Below are positions 1 through 11,000 of a DNA stretch of 43,960 nt, piece after piece. The first letter of the stretch is position 1. Each line of letters starts with the position of its first letter. The position numbers and the translations under genes are program-made. The stretch comes from Gemmatimonadota bacterium (GTDB lineage: Bacteria > Gemmatimonadota > Gemmatimonadetes > Gemmatimonadales > Gemmatimonadaceae), in the NCBI GenBank assembly GCA_031372565.1, contig JANMLN010000021.1, positions 1-43,960 of the forward strand. The letters are read 5' to 3'. The notes below the pieces were generated by a model. That model searched no databases and had not been told where the DNA came from. It saw only the letters and a program-made list of their open reading frames with translations.

Positions 1-2
1 GG

Positions 3-629
3 CGCGCGGACGGGAGCGGGTTGCAGTACCGGCGGAATCGGTACTACGATCCGAGCACGGGGCGGTTCACGCAGGCCGACCCGATCGGGCTCGCGGGGGG
101 GCTCAATGCGTATGGGTTCGCGCAGGGGGATCCGGTCAATTTTGACGACCCCTTCGGCCTTTGCCCCGTGTGCATTCTTGCGGGTGCTTGGGCGGTCTAC
201 GAGATCGCAAGCGCAGCCTACGACATCTACACTGCGGCTAGAACGGTCGCCAATCCTCACGCGACGACGGGCGAGAAGACGCTGTCCGTAGCGCTCGCCG
301 CGGTGAGTGTGTTCGGGCCAGGCGGAGGCTACGCGGGCGCGCTGGAGCTCTCGTCCAAGAGCGCCGCTCGGGAGGTACTGTCTGAACTTGGGGCGGAGGG
401 GGCACAGAAGGCCGCAGCAAATCGCGCGATCGGTCGCGCCACGAAGAAGGAAATGATCGATGTGGTCAAGCAAGAGGGCGGCGCTATTGTTGTTCGAAAG
501 TCACGCCCTGGGCGAGATGGAAAGCAGGTCATTGAGTCCACGATAGGGCCAGACGGGACCACCTCCGTTCGGCAGCGAGCCTACGACGCGAAAGGGAACC
601 TCGTTCACGATGACCCCAAGACACCGTAG
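3..629 (+). CDS. Rhs-repeat-associated core protein, 3' part, with C-terminal polymorphic toxin domain (truncated at window start)
   Basis: Rhs core signature RNRYYDPSTGRFTQADPIGLAGGLNAYGF followed by the PxxxxDPxGL motif (PVNFDDPFGL) and a 155-aa variable C-terminus. The frame is open back to the window edge. Confidence 0.9.
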   Translation, partial: RADGSGLQYRRNRYYDPSTGRFTQADPIGLAGGLNAYGFAQGDPVNFDDPFGLCPVCILAGAWAVYEIASAAYDIYTAARTVANPHATTGEKTLSVALAAVSVFGPGGGYAGALELSSKSAAREVLSELGAEGAQKAAANRAIGRATKKEMIDVVKQEGGAIVVRKSRPGRDGKQVIESTIGPDGTTSVRQRAYDAKGNLVHDDPKTP

Positions 630-639
630 GTCAATTCCG

Positions 640-1011
640 ATGAGCACAAAGAGTGATGAGAATCTGGTGCTGGACGTCGTGCGCGGCATCCGTCCTTGGG
701 AGGACCTGCGCCGGGTTGGGCTGGCTATCTCCTTCATCGAGGGTGGCTGCAACTGCGATGGCCGCGGTACCGTTGTCGCAACACCTTCGATCGGAGACTT
801 GGCTCGAGGGATCGATCGACATCTGTCCAACCCCGCATCAGATCTCGAGCGGTGGTCCGCGGTTATGCTGGCGGCCTCCGCCGTTATTGACTTCAGTCAG
901 ATCATTGCGCGTGAGGATGGCGAGCGCCTGATCTCAGCCCTCTGGGATGCCAGCGGACGACAGGAGGTAGACCACCAAGTCCGCACGCTGGCGCGTAGCC
1001 TCGCAGTGTGA
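640..1011 (+). CDS. Putative immunity protein for the Rhs C-terminal toxin (123 aa)
   Basis: Small ORF whose ATG lies 10 nt after the Rhs stop on the same strand, the typical toxin-immunity layout. Family not recognised. Confidence 0.65.
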   Translation: MSTKSDENLVLDVVRGIRPWEDLRRVGLAISFIEGGCNCDGRGTVVATPSIGDLARGIDRHLSNPASDLERWSAVMLAASAVIDFSQIIAREDGERLISALWDASGRQEVDHQVRTLARSLAV

Positions 1012-1189
1012 CGCGCGGAGATCTTCCGGCCTCGTGGGCGCACAGCCACAGCTGCCGCAGCTTGGAGCCGGTATGTCTCCACCAGACGCGGGCAAGTCCA
1101 ATCCGATTCGACCACGCGTGTGCCGAGGATCAACGATACGACACCAAACTGGGCGAACGCCGACAACTGATCGCCTGAGATGAATGGAA

Positions 1190-1522
1190 CTAGGGGCGCC
1201 CACCCCGCTTCGGTTCGGTCCTCGCCCGCGCGGATGACACGCGAGCCGCAGCCTCCGGCGCGCGACTCACGAGCGGGAACCGCTCGGGCGCCTCGATCGA
1301 CTCCACCGCGAGGTCCACGTCGAGCAGGGGCCAGGAGAGATGATGAGCACTCGGCCCCTCCACTGTAGTCAGCGCACGGGTCGACGCGTCGGCGGACCAC
1401 GGGTTCTCCCGGAACGCCACGAACAGTTCCCGCGCATCCAGCCAGAGCCAGAAGCCCTGCGGCGACACGTTGGCCACCTCAGCGGCCGAAGTGCGCGATC
1501 CACGCTTCGCGGAACTCTTCAC
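1190..1522 (-). CDS. DUF2442-family protein (putative antitoxin-like partner)
   Basis: EVANVSPQGFWLWLDARELFVAF..NPW and HHLSWPLLDVDLAVESIEAPERFPL match the DUF2442 pattern. GTG start at 1522 is preceded by GGAGG. Confidence 0.75.
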   Translation of the reverse strand: MKSSAKRGSRTSAAEVANVSPQGFWLWLDARELFVAFRENPWSADASTRALTTVEGPSAHHLSWPLLDVDLAVESIEAPERFPLVSRAPEAAARVSSARARTEPKRGGRP

Positions 1523-1600
1523 GAGGCGCCTCCATGAGTCGCACGTCGAGGGCATGGAGGTCGGACCAGTCGCGAGGGATGGCCACCGCGACGGCCGGCG
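1479..1600 (-). pseudogene. DUF4160-like C-terminal remnant overlapping the DUF2442 start
   Basis: Frame reads ...LDVRLMEAPREEFREAWIAHFGR* (TGA at 1481-1479). This resembles the 'I..AW..HF' end of DUF4160 proteins that normally overlap DUF2442 genes. No recognisable N-terminal half; an in-frame stop lies upstream at 1650-1652. Confidence 0.5.
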
Positions 1601-1649
1601 GCAGCCCTGCTGGCGGTCCTGCTTCCGCTGTGGTGAACGTCTCGAGCCC

Positions 1650-1895
1650 TCACGCGCCGAACAGGCGCTGCATCAGCACGGCGCGCTCCATCCCCACGTG
1701 ATCCGCGACCGCCCCCAGGATCGCGGCGAGCGTGCCGACGAGGAGGCTCGGATGATCCGGGATCGTGACGTGATGCTCGCCTCCGTGCTGGGTCGTGAGG
1801 CGCATGTGACTTCCGGTCTCGCGCGTCACCACTTAGCCGTACTGCCGCAACGCGCGCGCGAAGTCTCGGCCTGACAGGTCGCGCGGCAGCCGCAT
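1650..1895 (-). pseudogene. hicA: HicA-family toxin interrupted by an in-frame TAA
   Basis: MRLPRDLSGRDFARALRQYG*VVTRETGSHMRLT...HHVTIPDH..L.VGTLAAIL, with GSH and TIP.H motifs. The stop at 1833-1835 sits where the Tyr of 'GY' is expected. Confidence 0.85.
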
Positions 1896-1897
1896 GG

Positions 1898-2104
1898 CTA
1901 CGCCGCGATGACTTCGTCGCGCACGAGATGCAGCCGAATCACCTGCGGCCGATCTGCCTCGTCGAAGTGACACCGCACCGCGTCGCGGACCGCCTCGCGC
2001 AGCTGCGCCAGGTCGTCCGCCTCCGTCACGATCGAGGCGGTGACGCTGCGCGCGATGTATCCCCCCTCGGCGGCCGCGTCGACGACAAACACGATCTCGG
2101 TCAT
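1898..2104 (-). CDS. Short HicB-like antitoxin (68 aa)
   Basis: MTEIVFVVDAAAEGGYIARSVTASIVTEADDLAQLREAVRDAVRCHF has a HicB-like partial RNase H pattern. It ends 2 nt upstream of the hicA start. Confidence 0.8.
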   Translation of the reverse strand: MTEIVFVVDAAAEGGYIARSVTASIVTEADDLAQLREAVRDAVRCHFDEADRPQVIRLHLVRDEVIAA

Positions 2105-2324
2105 GGGTGCTCCCAGAGGCTGGTGTCTGCGAGAATGTAGCGGCTGCCCACAACGCAACGCGAGGTGTGCAGGCATCAGCGCGACAGCCCGGTAGACGCC
2201 GGCACAGAAGTGAGGGCCCCCCCGCCATTCCCTCCGGCTAGTGCTTGTCTCCTGGGCTCCAGGGCCTCGTCCCAAGCCGCTCCGTTCGCCCTTGTAGGCG
2301 CCGGGTTGATTCACTCTGCGCGCG

Positions 2325-3491
2325 CTACTTCACCCGCGCGAGCGCCGCACGCACCGTCTCCTCAAGCGCGTCACCGCGCAACTCGTCATCGAGCGCGAGG
2401 ATCGTGCCGTCGCGACCCAGCAGGATGGCGCGCGGTACCTGCGTGACGCCGAAGACCATGGGCAGGTCGTCGAGCAGCGTGGCGAAGGCGTGCTGCCACG
2501 GCATGGGATGGCGCGTGGCGCGGAAGCGCGCGACGAGGCCCGCGTGCGTGTCCATCGACACCGAGAGCACGTCGAACCCCGCGGCGTGATGGCGCGCGTA
2601 CGTGCGCGCGATGGTGGGCATCTCCGCGATGCAGGGCGCGCACCAGGTGGCCCAGACGTCGAGCAGCACCACGCGACCCGCGAAGGAGTCGCGCGTGATG
2701 ACGCGGCGCCCGTCGAGCGCACGCACGCGGAAGTCCGGCGCGTGCGCGCCGACACGCGTGGCGCGCGCAGCCCCGTATGCGGCGAGCGTCATCTCCGTGT
2801 CGTGCTCCTTGGGGAACTCGCGCTCGAGGCGCGCGAGATACGGCGCGGCGGCAGCAACGCCTTCGCGACGGCCGCGCACGCGCGCGGCCCGGACGAGGGT
2901 GCTGAAGCGCGCGGACGGGTCGGCGTCGGCGCGCACGAGCACGCTGTCGAGCGCCGCCATCCAGCGGACGCGAAACGCGTCGTTGGCGCCGGCGCGCTCG
3001 GCGCTCAGGCGGCGCGCGGTGGCGAGGCGCAGCGCGGCGCCCACGGCATCGGCGTAGTGCGCGTAGCGGAGCGACCACGCGGGCGACGTCGGGTCGAGCG
3101 TCGCGCCGACCACGCGCGCGGTGGCACTGTCGAGCTGCAGCGTGTCGGCGTGGAGCAGCACGGCGGCGGCGAGCGCCTGCCGGAGTGCGGGATCGCTCGT
3201 GGCGCGCCACGCCGCGAGCCAGCGCGCGATGCGCACCGGGTGGCGGAGCCGCGCGTCGCCGTCGGCGGTGTCGCGCGCGCGGGTACGCTCGGCTGCGTCG
3301 CGCGTTGCGAGCACCTCGCGCTCAAGAGCGGCGAGGGCGCGCGGAGTGGGGGTTTGCGCGCCGGCGTGCGCGGCGAAGCGCGCCAACGCGAGCACGAGGG
3401 AGACGGTGTGTGCAGCAGCGGCCGTACGCGTGACGCGACGCGCGCACGAGCGCGCGCGAGCCGTCGCCCCCACCGCGACCGCACGCTTCAT
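2325..3491 (-). CDS. TlpA/ResA-family thiol-disulfide oxidoreductase with long N-terminal extension (start uncertain)
   Basis: C-terminal APDF...GRVVLLDVWATWCAPCIAEMP...VP thioredoxin fold and a signal-like N-terminus. Lies directly downstream of the dsbD-like gene. Confidence 0.85.
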   Translation of the reverse strand: MKRAVAVGATARARSCARRVTRTAAAAHTVSLVLALARFAAHAGAQTPTPRALAALEREVLATRDAAERTRARDTADGDARLRHPVRIARWLAAWRATSDPALRQALAAAVLLHADTLQLDSATARVVGATLDPTSPAWSLRYAHYADAVGAALRLATARRLSAERAGANDAFRVRWMAALDSVLVRADADPSARFSTLVRAARVRGRREGVAAAAPYLARLEREFPKEHDTEMTLAAYGAARATRVGAHAPDFRVRALDGRRVITRDSFAGRVVLLDVWATWCAPCIAEMPTIARTYARHHAAGFDVLSVSMDTHAGLVARFRATRHPMPWQHAFATLLDDLPMVFGVTQVPRAILLGRDGTILALDDELRGDALEETVRAALARVK

Positions 3492-3510
3492 GCCCGCGCT
3501 ACCGCTACCG

Positions 3511-5775
3511 CTACCGCGCGGCCGTCGCCGCCGCGGGCAGCTTGTCGAGCGCGCCCAGCAGGATGCTCGGCGTCAGCACCTCCGGCAGCACCACGCCGAG
3601 CTTGGTCGGATCCGCGGGATAGAGCACATAGAGCGGAATCCCGCTGCGCCCGAAGCTCGCCACCGCCTTGCCGATCGTCGAGTCACGCGCGGTCCAGTCC
3701 GCGCGCACGAGCGCAACGCTGCCGCTCCCCAAGCGCGCCTTCACGGCCGCGTCGGCAAAGGTGACGCGCTCGTTGACCTTGCAGGTGAGGCACCAGTCGG
3801 CCGTGAAGTCGAGAAACACCGGATGCCCCGCGGCGCGCAGTTGCGCGACCTGCACATCGCTCCACGGCGTCCAGGTGAGACCGTAGCGATCGGTGAACGG
3901 CGCCGTGGGCGTCGCCGCGAGTGCCGGGGTGACACGCGCGCCGCGTGCGACGAGGAAGACGGTGGCCGCGGCCGACACGACGGTCATCGCCAGCCGGAGT
4001 CGGCGTGCCTTCGCGTTCGGCGCGAGGTCGGCCTGCTCCCACAGCTTGGTCGCGCCCAGCGCCGCGACGCCGCCCAGCACGAGCCACAACAGCCCGATGT
4101 CGCTGGTCTGCCGCCAGAACACCCAGCCGAGCCAGCCCACGGTCGCGAACATCGGCACGGCCATCACGCGCTTGAGCGTCAGCATCCACGCGCCCGGACG
4201 CGGCAGCTTGTGCAGCAGTCCCGGCACGAAGGGCAGCACCACGTACGGCAAAGCGAGCCCGGCGCCCAGCGCGGTGAACACGAGGAAGCTCTCGATGGCG
4301 GGGCGCAGCACCGCGTAGGCCAGCGCGGCGCCCATGAGTGGAGCCGTGCAGGGGGTGGCGACCGCGACGGCCAGCACGCCGTTGAAGAGCGATCCCCAGT
4401 AGTCATGTCGCTGTCCTTCGAGTTCGCCCAGTCGCGTGAGCCCCAGGCCGATCTCGACCACCCCCGCGAGCGAGAGCGAGAGCACGAACAGCACCACCAC
4501 CATCGCGCCGACGAAGATCGGCGACTGCATCTGGAAGCCCCAGCCGAGCGCGGCGCCGCCGGCACGTAGCGCGAGCAACACCCCCGCCAGCGTCCAGAAG
4601 CTGAGCAGGACGCCCAAGCCAAAGACCAACCCGTGCTTCTGCGCCATCCGGTCATCTTCGCCCGCCATCTCGGCGAACCCCATGACCTTGATCGCGAGCA
4701 CCGGGAAGACGCACGGCATGACGTTGAGCAGCAGTCCGCCCACGAGCGCGAGAAGGAGCGCGGCGCCGAGCGAGGTGATGTCGCCGGCTGGAGACGTCGC
4801 GGCGTTGAGCGTGTTACCTGCGGTGGCCGACGTACCGGATGCGCCAGCGTTGCCGGTGCCGGTCAGCGGCGCGGGGGCCGCCACCGTCGGAGCGGCCGCG
4901 ACCACCGGCGCGCCGGCCACAGGCATGGACGCGCTGAAGGCGCGCACACCGCCCGGCCATCCACCCTCGCGCACGAAGAGGCCGCTCAGTTCACCGGACG
5001 CGACCTCGCCGTCCTGCCGAGCGAGCGTCAGCACGAGCGTGCCGCCCTTGACCGTCGGCTTCTGTGGCGCGCCATGCGTGAAGTGAAAGAGCGCGTCGGG
5101 GGTCGCGGGATAGAACACGACGCCCTTCGCGTCGACCTTGGTGCCCGCGGGCGGCGTCAGGGTGATCTCGTAGCCGGTCGCGATCGTGCGCGCGGCGGTG
5201 CTCCAACCGGCCAGCACGCCGGGCGGTGTGGCAGCGCGGGCGGCATCGATGCGCGGGCCCCAGAGTCCATCGGCCGTCGGCGCAGCGGCCAACGCCACGT
5301 CGAGCGCAACATCGGCGCTTCCGGGAATGCAGACCTTCTCGCACGAGATCCAGGTGGCCTTCGCGCGGAGCGAGACCACGCCACCGGCCGGGAGCGTGCC
5401 CGGATCGATGCGCAGGGGGAGCAGGACGTCGTTCTCATAGGCGAACGACACGAGTCCGGCCGATTGGAGGCGCTTGGGCTCGGGCCAGAGGATCGAGTCG
5501 GCGCGGACCCCCGGCGGCAGCGTCCAGGTGAGCTGCGTGGGGCCGCCCGCATCGCCCGCCGTGCGCCAGTAGGTATGCCAGTGCGGCTCCATCTGCAGAT
5601 GGAGCGCCACCCAGAAGGGCTCGCCCGCGCGCGCCACCGACACGGCCCCGACCAACGCCGCCTTGGTGTGCGAGTCGGGGGTCCAGCGCGGGTTCTGCGC
5701 CGACAAGGAGAGCGGCAGCGCGGCGAGCGCGATGCCGGCGGTGCGCGCGAGCAGGCGAAGTCGATGCAGTGGCAT
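3511..5775 (-). CDS. dsbD: DsbD-like thiol:disulfide interchange protein (N-terminal DsbD domain, TM domain, thioredoxin domain)
   Basis: WHTYW and CEKVC in the N-domain, NVMPCVFPVL and ATPCTAP in the membrane domain, DFTADWCLTCKVNE in the thioredoxin domain. Signal peptide follows ATG 5775; alternative ATG at 5793. Confidence 0.88.
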   Translation of the reverse strand: MPLHRLRLLARTAGIALAALPLSLSAQNPRWTPDSHTKAALVGAVSVARAGEPFWVALHLQMEPHWHTYWRTAGDAGGPTQLTWTLPPGVRADSILWPEPKRLQSAGLVSFAYENDVLLPLRIDPGTLPAGGVVSLRAKATWISCEKVCIPGSADVALDVALAAAPTADGLWGPRIDAARAATPPGVLAGWSTAARTIATGYEITLTPPAGTKVDAKGVVFYPATPDALFHFTHGAPQKPTVKGGTLVLTLARQDGEVASGELSGLFVREGGWPGGVRAFSASMPVAGAPVVAAAPTVAAPAPLTGTGNAGASGTSATAGNTLNAATSPAGDITSLGAALLLALVGGLLLNVMPCVFPVLAIKVMGFAEMAGEDDRMAQKHGLVFGLGVLLSFWTLAGVLLALRAGGAALGWGFQMQSPIFVGAMVVVLFVLSLSLAGVVEIGLGLTRLGELEGQRHDYWGSLFNGVLAVAVATPCTAPLMGAALAYAVLRPAIESFLVFTALGAGLALPYVVLPFVPGLLHKLPRPGAWMLTLKRVMAVPMFATVGWLGWVFWRQTSDIGLLWLVLGGVAALGATKLWEQADLAPNAKARRLRLAMTVVSAAATVFLVARGARVTPALAATPTAPFTDRYGLTWTPWSDVQVAQLRAAGHPVFLDFTADWCLTCKVNERVTFADAAVKARLGSGSVALVRADWTARDSTIGKAVASFGRSGIPLYVLYPADPTKLGVVLPEVLTPSILLGALDKLPAAATAAR

Positions 5776-5875
5776 ATGCCGAAGAATAGCCATGTCGTGG
5801 CGCCGCCGTTCCCACCCGGCGCACCAACGGCCCGGGTCGGCTAGATTGCGCCGTCGTCTACCTGCATCGAACCCC

Positions 5876-6652
5876 GTGAATTTCATCGAACGATTCCAGA
5901 CCACGCTCGCACAGCTCGCCGACATCCTTCCGTCGGTGGGCATGGCCGCGCTGGTGCTCTTTGTCGGCTACGTCGTGGCCCGCCTCGCCTCGCGCGGCCT
6001 CGGTGCCCTGCTGCGCCGCCTCCGCTTCAACGAGCTGCTGCAGAAGGGCGGGGTGAACACGGCGATGGACCGTCCGGGCCATCACTTCGTGCCGAGCCGC
6101 ATCGTGGCCAACCTGACGTTCTGGCTGCTGATGTTTGCCGTGATCCTGTTCGCGGCGCAGCTGCTCGGCCTCGAGTCGTTGACGACGGTCATCAACGACC
6201 TGGTCGGCTACGTGCCGAGCGTGATCGCGGCGATCGCGATCATCATCGTCGGCATCGTGCTCGGGTCGTTCGTGAGCGGGTTGATTCTCGCCAGCACGGG
6301 CGGGATCGAGGGCAGCGCGACGTTGGCGCGAGTGGGTCGCGCGGGGGTCATCGTGCTCGCGATCTTCATGGCGCTCGAGGCGCTGGGGATCGCGACCGAC
6401 ATCGTGACGCTCGCGTTCAGCATCATCTTCGGGGCGGTGGCACTCGCGGCGGCGTTGGCGTTCGGGCTGGGCAATCGCGAACTGGCCGCGGAGATCACGC
6501 GCGAGTGGTACACGCGGTACAAGGTGGAGCGCGATTCGATTCGTCGCGAGGCGCAGCTGTCGTTGCTGGCGGAAGAGGCGGAGGACGCGCCGGCGCCGAG
6601 CGCAGGGCGCGGTGGCGCGGAGGCCTCGAACCCCCCGAACACACCCCGATAA
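5876..6652 (+). CDS. Conserved TM-helix-repeat membrane protein (CmpX / mechanosensitive-channel TM-like)
   Basis: Repeated 'LPSVGMAALVLFVGYVVA' / 'VPSVIAAIAIIIVGIVLG' helices and terminal ALAFGLGNRELA. GTG start inferred. Confidence 0.78.
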   Translation: MNFIERFQTTLAQLADILPSVGMAALVLFVGYVVARLASRGLGALLRRLRFNELLQKGGVNTAMDRPGHHFVPSRIVANLTFWLLMFAVILFAAQLLGLESLTTVINDLVGYVPSVIAAIAIIIVGIVLGSFVSGLILASTGGIEGSATLARVGRAGVIVLAIFMALEALGIATDIVTLAFSIIFGAVALAAALAFGLGNRELAAEITREWYTRYKVERDSIRREAQLSLLAEEAEDAPAPSAGRGGAEASNPPNTPR

Positions 6653-6684
6653 TGTCGGGGGTCGGGCCCGGGGCTTGGCCTCCC

Positions 6685-6713
6685 CGTAACGCGATACACA
6701 GCAAGCGGTTACG
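6685..6713. promoter_or_regulatory. Spaced inverted repeat CGTAAC-N17-GTTACG upstream of gyrA
   Basis: cgtaac gcgatacacagcaagcg gttacg seen directly in the intergenic region. Function is inferred only. Confidence 0.35.
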
Positions 6714-6803
6714 AGAGGGGTGCGGGGGTATACTTGACCGCCGCCAACGGGTATATTTCGGGGTTCCCCGATTCGGGTGCCCGACCCCCCTGCTGACGGA
6801 CAC

Positions 6804-9335
<2,532 letters not shown>

Positions 9336-9403
9336 CACGCCGTGCGTGGCGCGCCGGGCCTCCATCAGCCTCGGCGCGCCGCTCGCGGGCGGTCCGTTCT
9401 TGC

Positions 9404-9432
9404 TTTACGCCCCCCGGGGCAAATGGTACCTT
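9404..9432 (+). promoter_or_regulatory. Candidate sigma70 promoter for the diguanylate cyclase/kinase genes
   Basis: TTTACG, 17-nt spacer, then TACCTT preceded by TGn (extended -10). Confidence 0.4.
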
Positions 9433-9504
9433 GGTCATGCACGCAGCCGTCGGCGGCCGTCATCCGCCGCGCGGCCGTTCTCCGACCCTTGAACGGCGGC
9501 GTCA

Positions 9505-10977
9505 TTGGGTAGCTCGCGCATCCTCGTCGTGGACGACGATCCGGCCCTGCTGCAGACGATTGCGATCGTCCTGCGTGAGCAGGGCTACGACGTGGCGACG
9601 GCGGAGAACGGGCAGGCGATGCTCGAGTCGATCGAGGCGCGCGAGCCCGACCTGCTGCTGCTCGACGTGCTGATGCCGCAGCTCGATGGCTTCCAGCTCC
9701 TCGAGCGGCTCAAGGCGGACGATCGCTACGCCGACCTCCCCGTGCTCATGGTGAGCTCGCTGCCAGCCGAGGAGGCCACGGTCAAGACGCTCGGGCTGGG
9801 CGCGGCCGACTACATCCGGAAGCCGTTCCGCGTGCGTGAGCTGCTCGCCCGGATCCAGTCGCAGCTGCGGGTGCGGGCCGAGTTGCGCTCGGCCAAGGAC
9901 ACGGTGCGCAAGCGCGAGGCGGACCTGGTGCGGGCGCGCGAGGACGCCGAGACGCGGCGCACGATGGTGGACATCCTCCACGAGGTGACGGACGAGCTGT
10001 CGCCCGAGGAGATCTACCACGTGGTGGCGCGCCGGGTCGCGCGCGCGCTCAACACGTCGCACTGCTCGGTCGTGCTCGCGCGCCCGTCCGACAAGTTCGG
10101 CATCGTGGCCACCGCGTTCGAGGACCCGTCGGTCATCAACTACCGGATCCAGCTTGAACTGTATCCGGAGATCCGCACCGCGCTGGCCACACAGGCGCCG
10201 GTGCTGGTCGAGGATCTGAGCGTGTCGCCGCTGTACGCGGAGATCCGGGAGAAGTGGGCGAAGCAGGGCACGATCGTGCGGATCCGGTCGGTGATCGCGC
10301 TGCCGTTCTCGCTCGACAGTACGCAGGTCGGCGTCTTCTTCCTGCGCCGGGCTGGCGACGAGCCGCCGTTCGACACGGAGGACGTCGAGTTCGCCTCGAC
10401 GGTGATCCGCGCGGCGGTGAGCGCGATCCAGCGCGCGCGGATGATCGAGACGACCAAGGCGGACAATGCGCGCCTCGAGGTGCTGGCGCGCACCGACTCC
10501 CTGACTCAGCTGCTCAACCGGCGCGTGCTGATCGAGCGGCTGGTGCAGGAAGTCGAGCGTGCCCGGCGCTACCAGAACACGATCGCGCTGATGATGATCG
10601 ATCTCGACCACTTCAAGCGCGTGAACGATCAGTACGGGCATCTGGTGGGCGACGACGTGCTGCGCGACGTCGCGACCATCCTGCGCAACGCCGTCCGCGC
10701 CGTGGACATCGTCGCGCGGTATGGTGGCGAGGAGTTCGTCGTCGTGCTGCCGGAGACGGCGGCGGGCGGCGCGCAGGCATTCGCCGAGCGCCTCCGCGAG
10801 AAGATCGAGGCGCAGGATTTCAACGCGCATCCGCACGGCATCTTTCACGTGACCTGCAGCGTCGGAATGGCCAGCTATCCCGGCCAGCACATCGAGAGCG
10901 GCGAGGATCTGCTCGCCCGGGCGGACGAGGCGCTGTACCGCGCCAAGGCCGACGGCCGGAATCGCGTCCGCACCTGA
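9505..10977 (+). CDS. Response-regulator diguanylate cyclase (REC-GAF-GGDEF)
   Basis: ILVVDDD...LLLLDVLMP receiver domain, central GAF-like region, DLDHFKRVNDQYGH, RAVD I-site and RYGGEEF active site. TTG start. Confidence 0.93.
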   Translation: MGSSRILVVDDDPALLQTIAIVLREQGYDVATAENGQAMLESIEAREPDLLLLDVLMPQLDGFQLLERLKADDRYADLPVLMVSSLPAEEATVKTLGLGAADYIRKPFRVRELLARIQSQLRVRAELRSAKDTVRKREADLVRAREDAETRRTMVDILHEVTDELSPEEIYHVVARRVARALNTSHCSVVLARPSDKFGIVATAFEDPSVINYRIQLELYPEIRTALATQAPVLVEDLSVSPLYAEIREKWAKQGTIVRIRSVIALPFSLDSTQVGVFFLRRAGDEPPFDTEDVEFASTVIRAAVSAIQRARMIETTKADNARLEVLARTDSLTQLLNRRVLIERLVQEVERARRYQNTIALMMIDLDHFKRVNDQYGHLVGDDVLRDVATILRNAVRAVDIVARYGGEEFVVVLPETAAGGAQAFAERLREKIEAQDFNAHPHGIFHVTCSVGMASYPGQHIESGEDLLARADEALYRAKADGRNRVRT

Positions 10978-11000
10978 CCACCACTCCCCACACAGCGACC

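Noticed and set aside
2105..2324. Possible tRNA/att site or GTAG-type REP at the edge of the accessory block
   Set aside because: I could not identify a cloverleaf, direct repeat or second copy. gtaggcgccgggttgattcac is only weakly REP-like.
6734..6757. TTGACC...TATATT as a gyrA sigma70 promoter
   Set aside because: The spacer is only 12 nt, too short for a canonical -35/-10 pair.
10254..11000. Apparent N-terminal extension of the kinase ORF
   Set aside because: It overlaps the diguanylate cyclase out of frame. ATG 11001, just before the zinc ribbon, is the plausible start.
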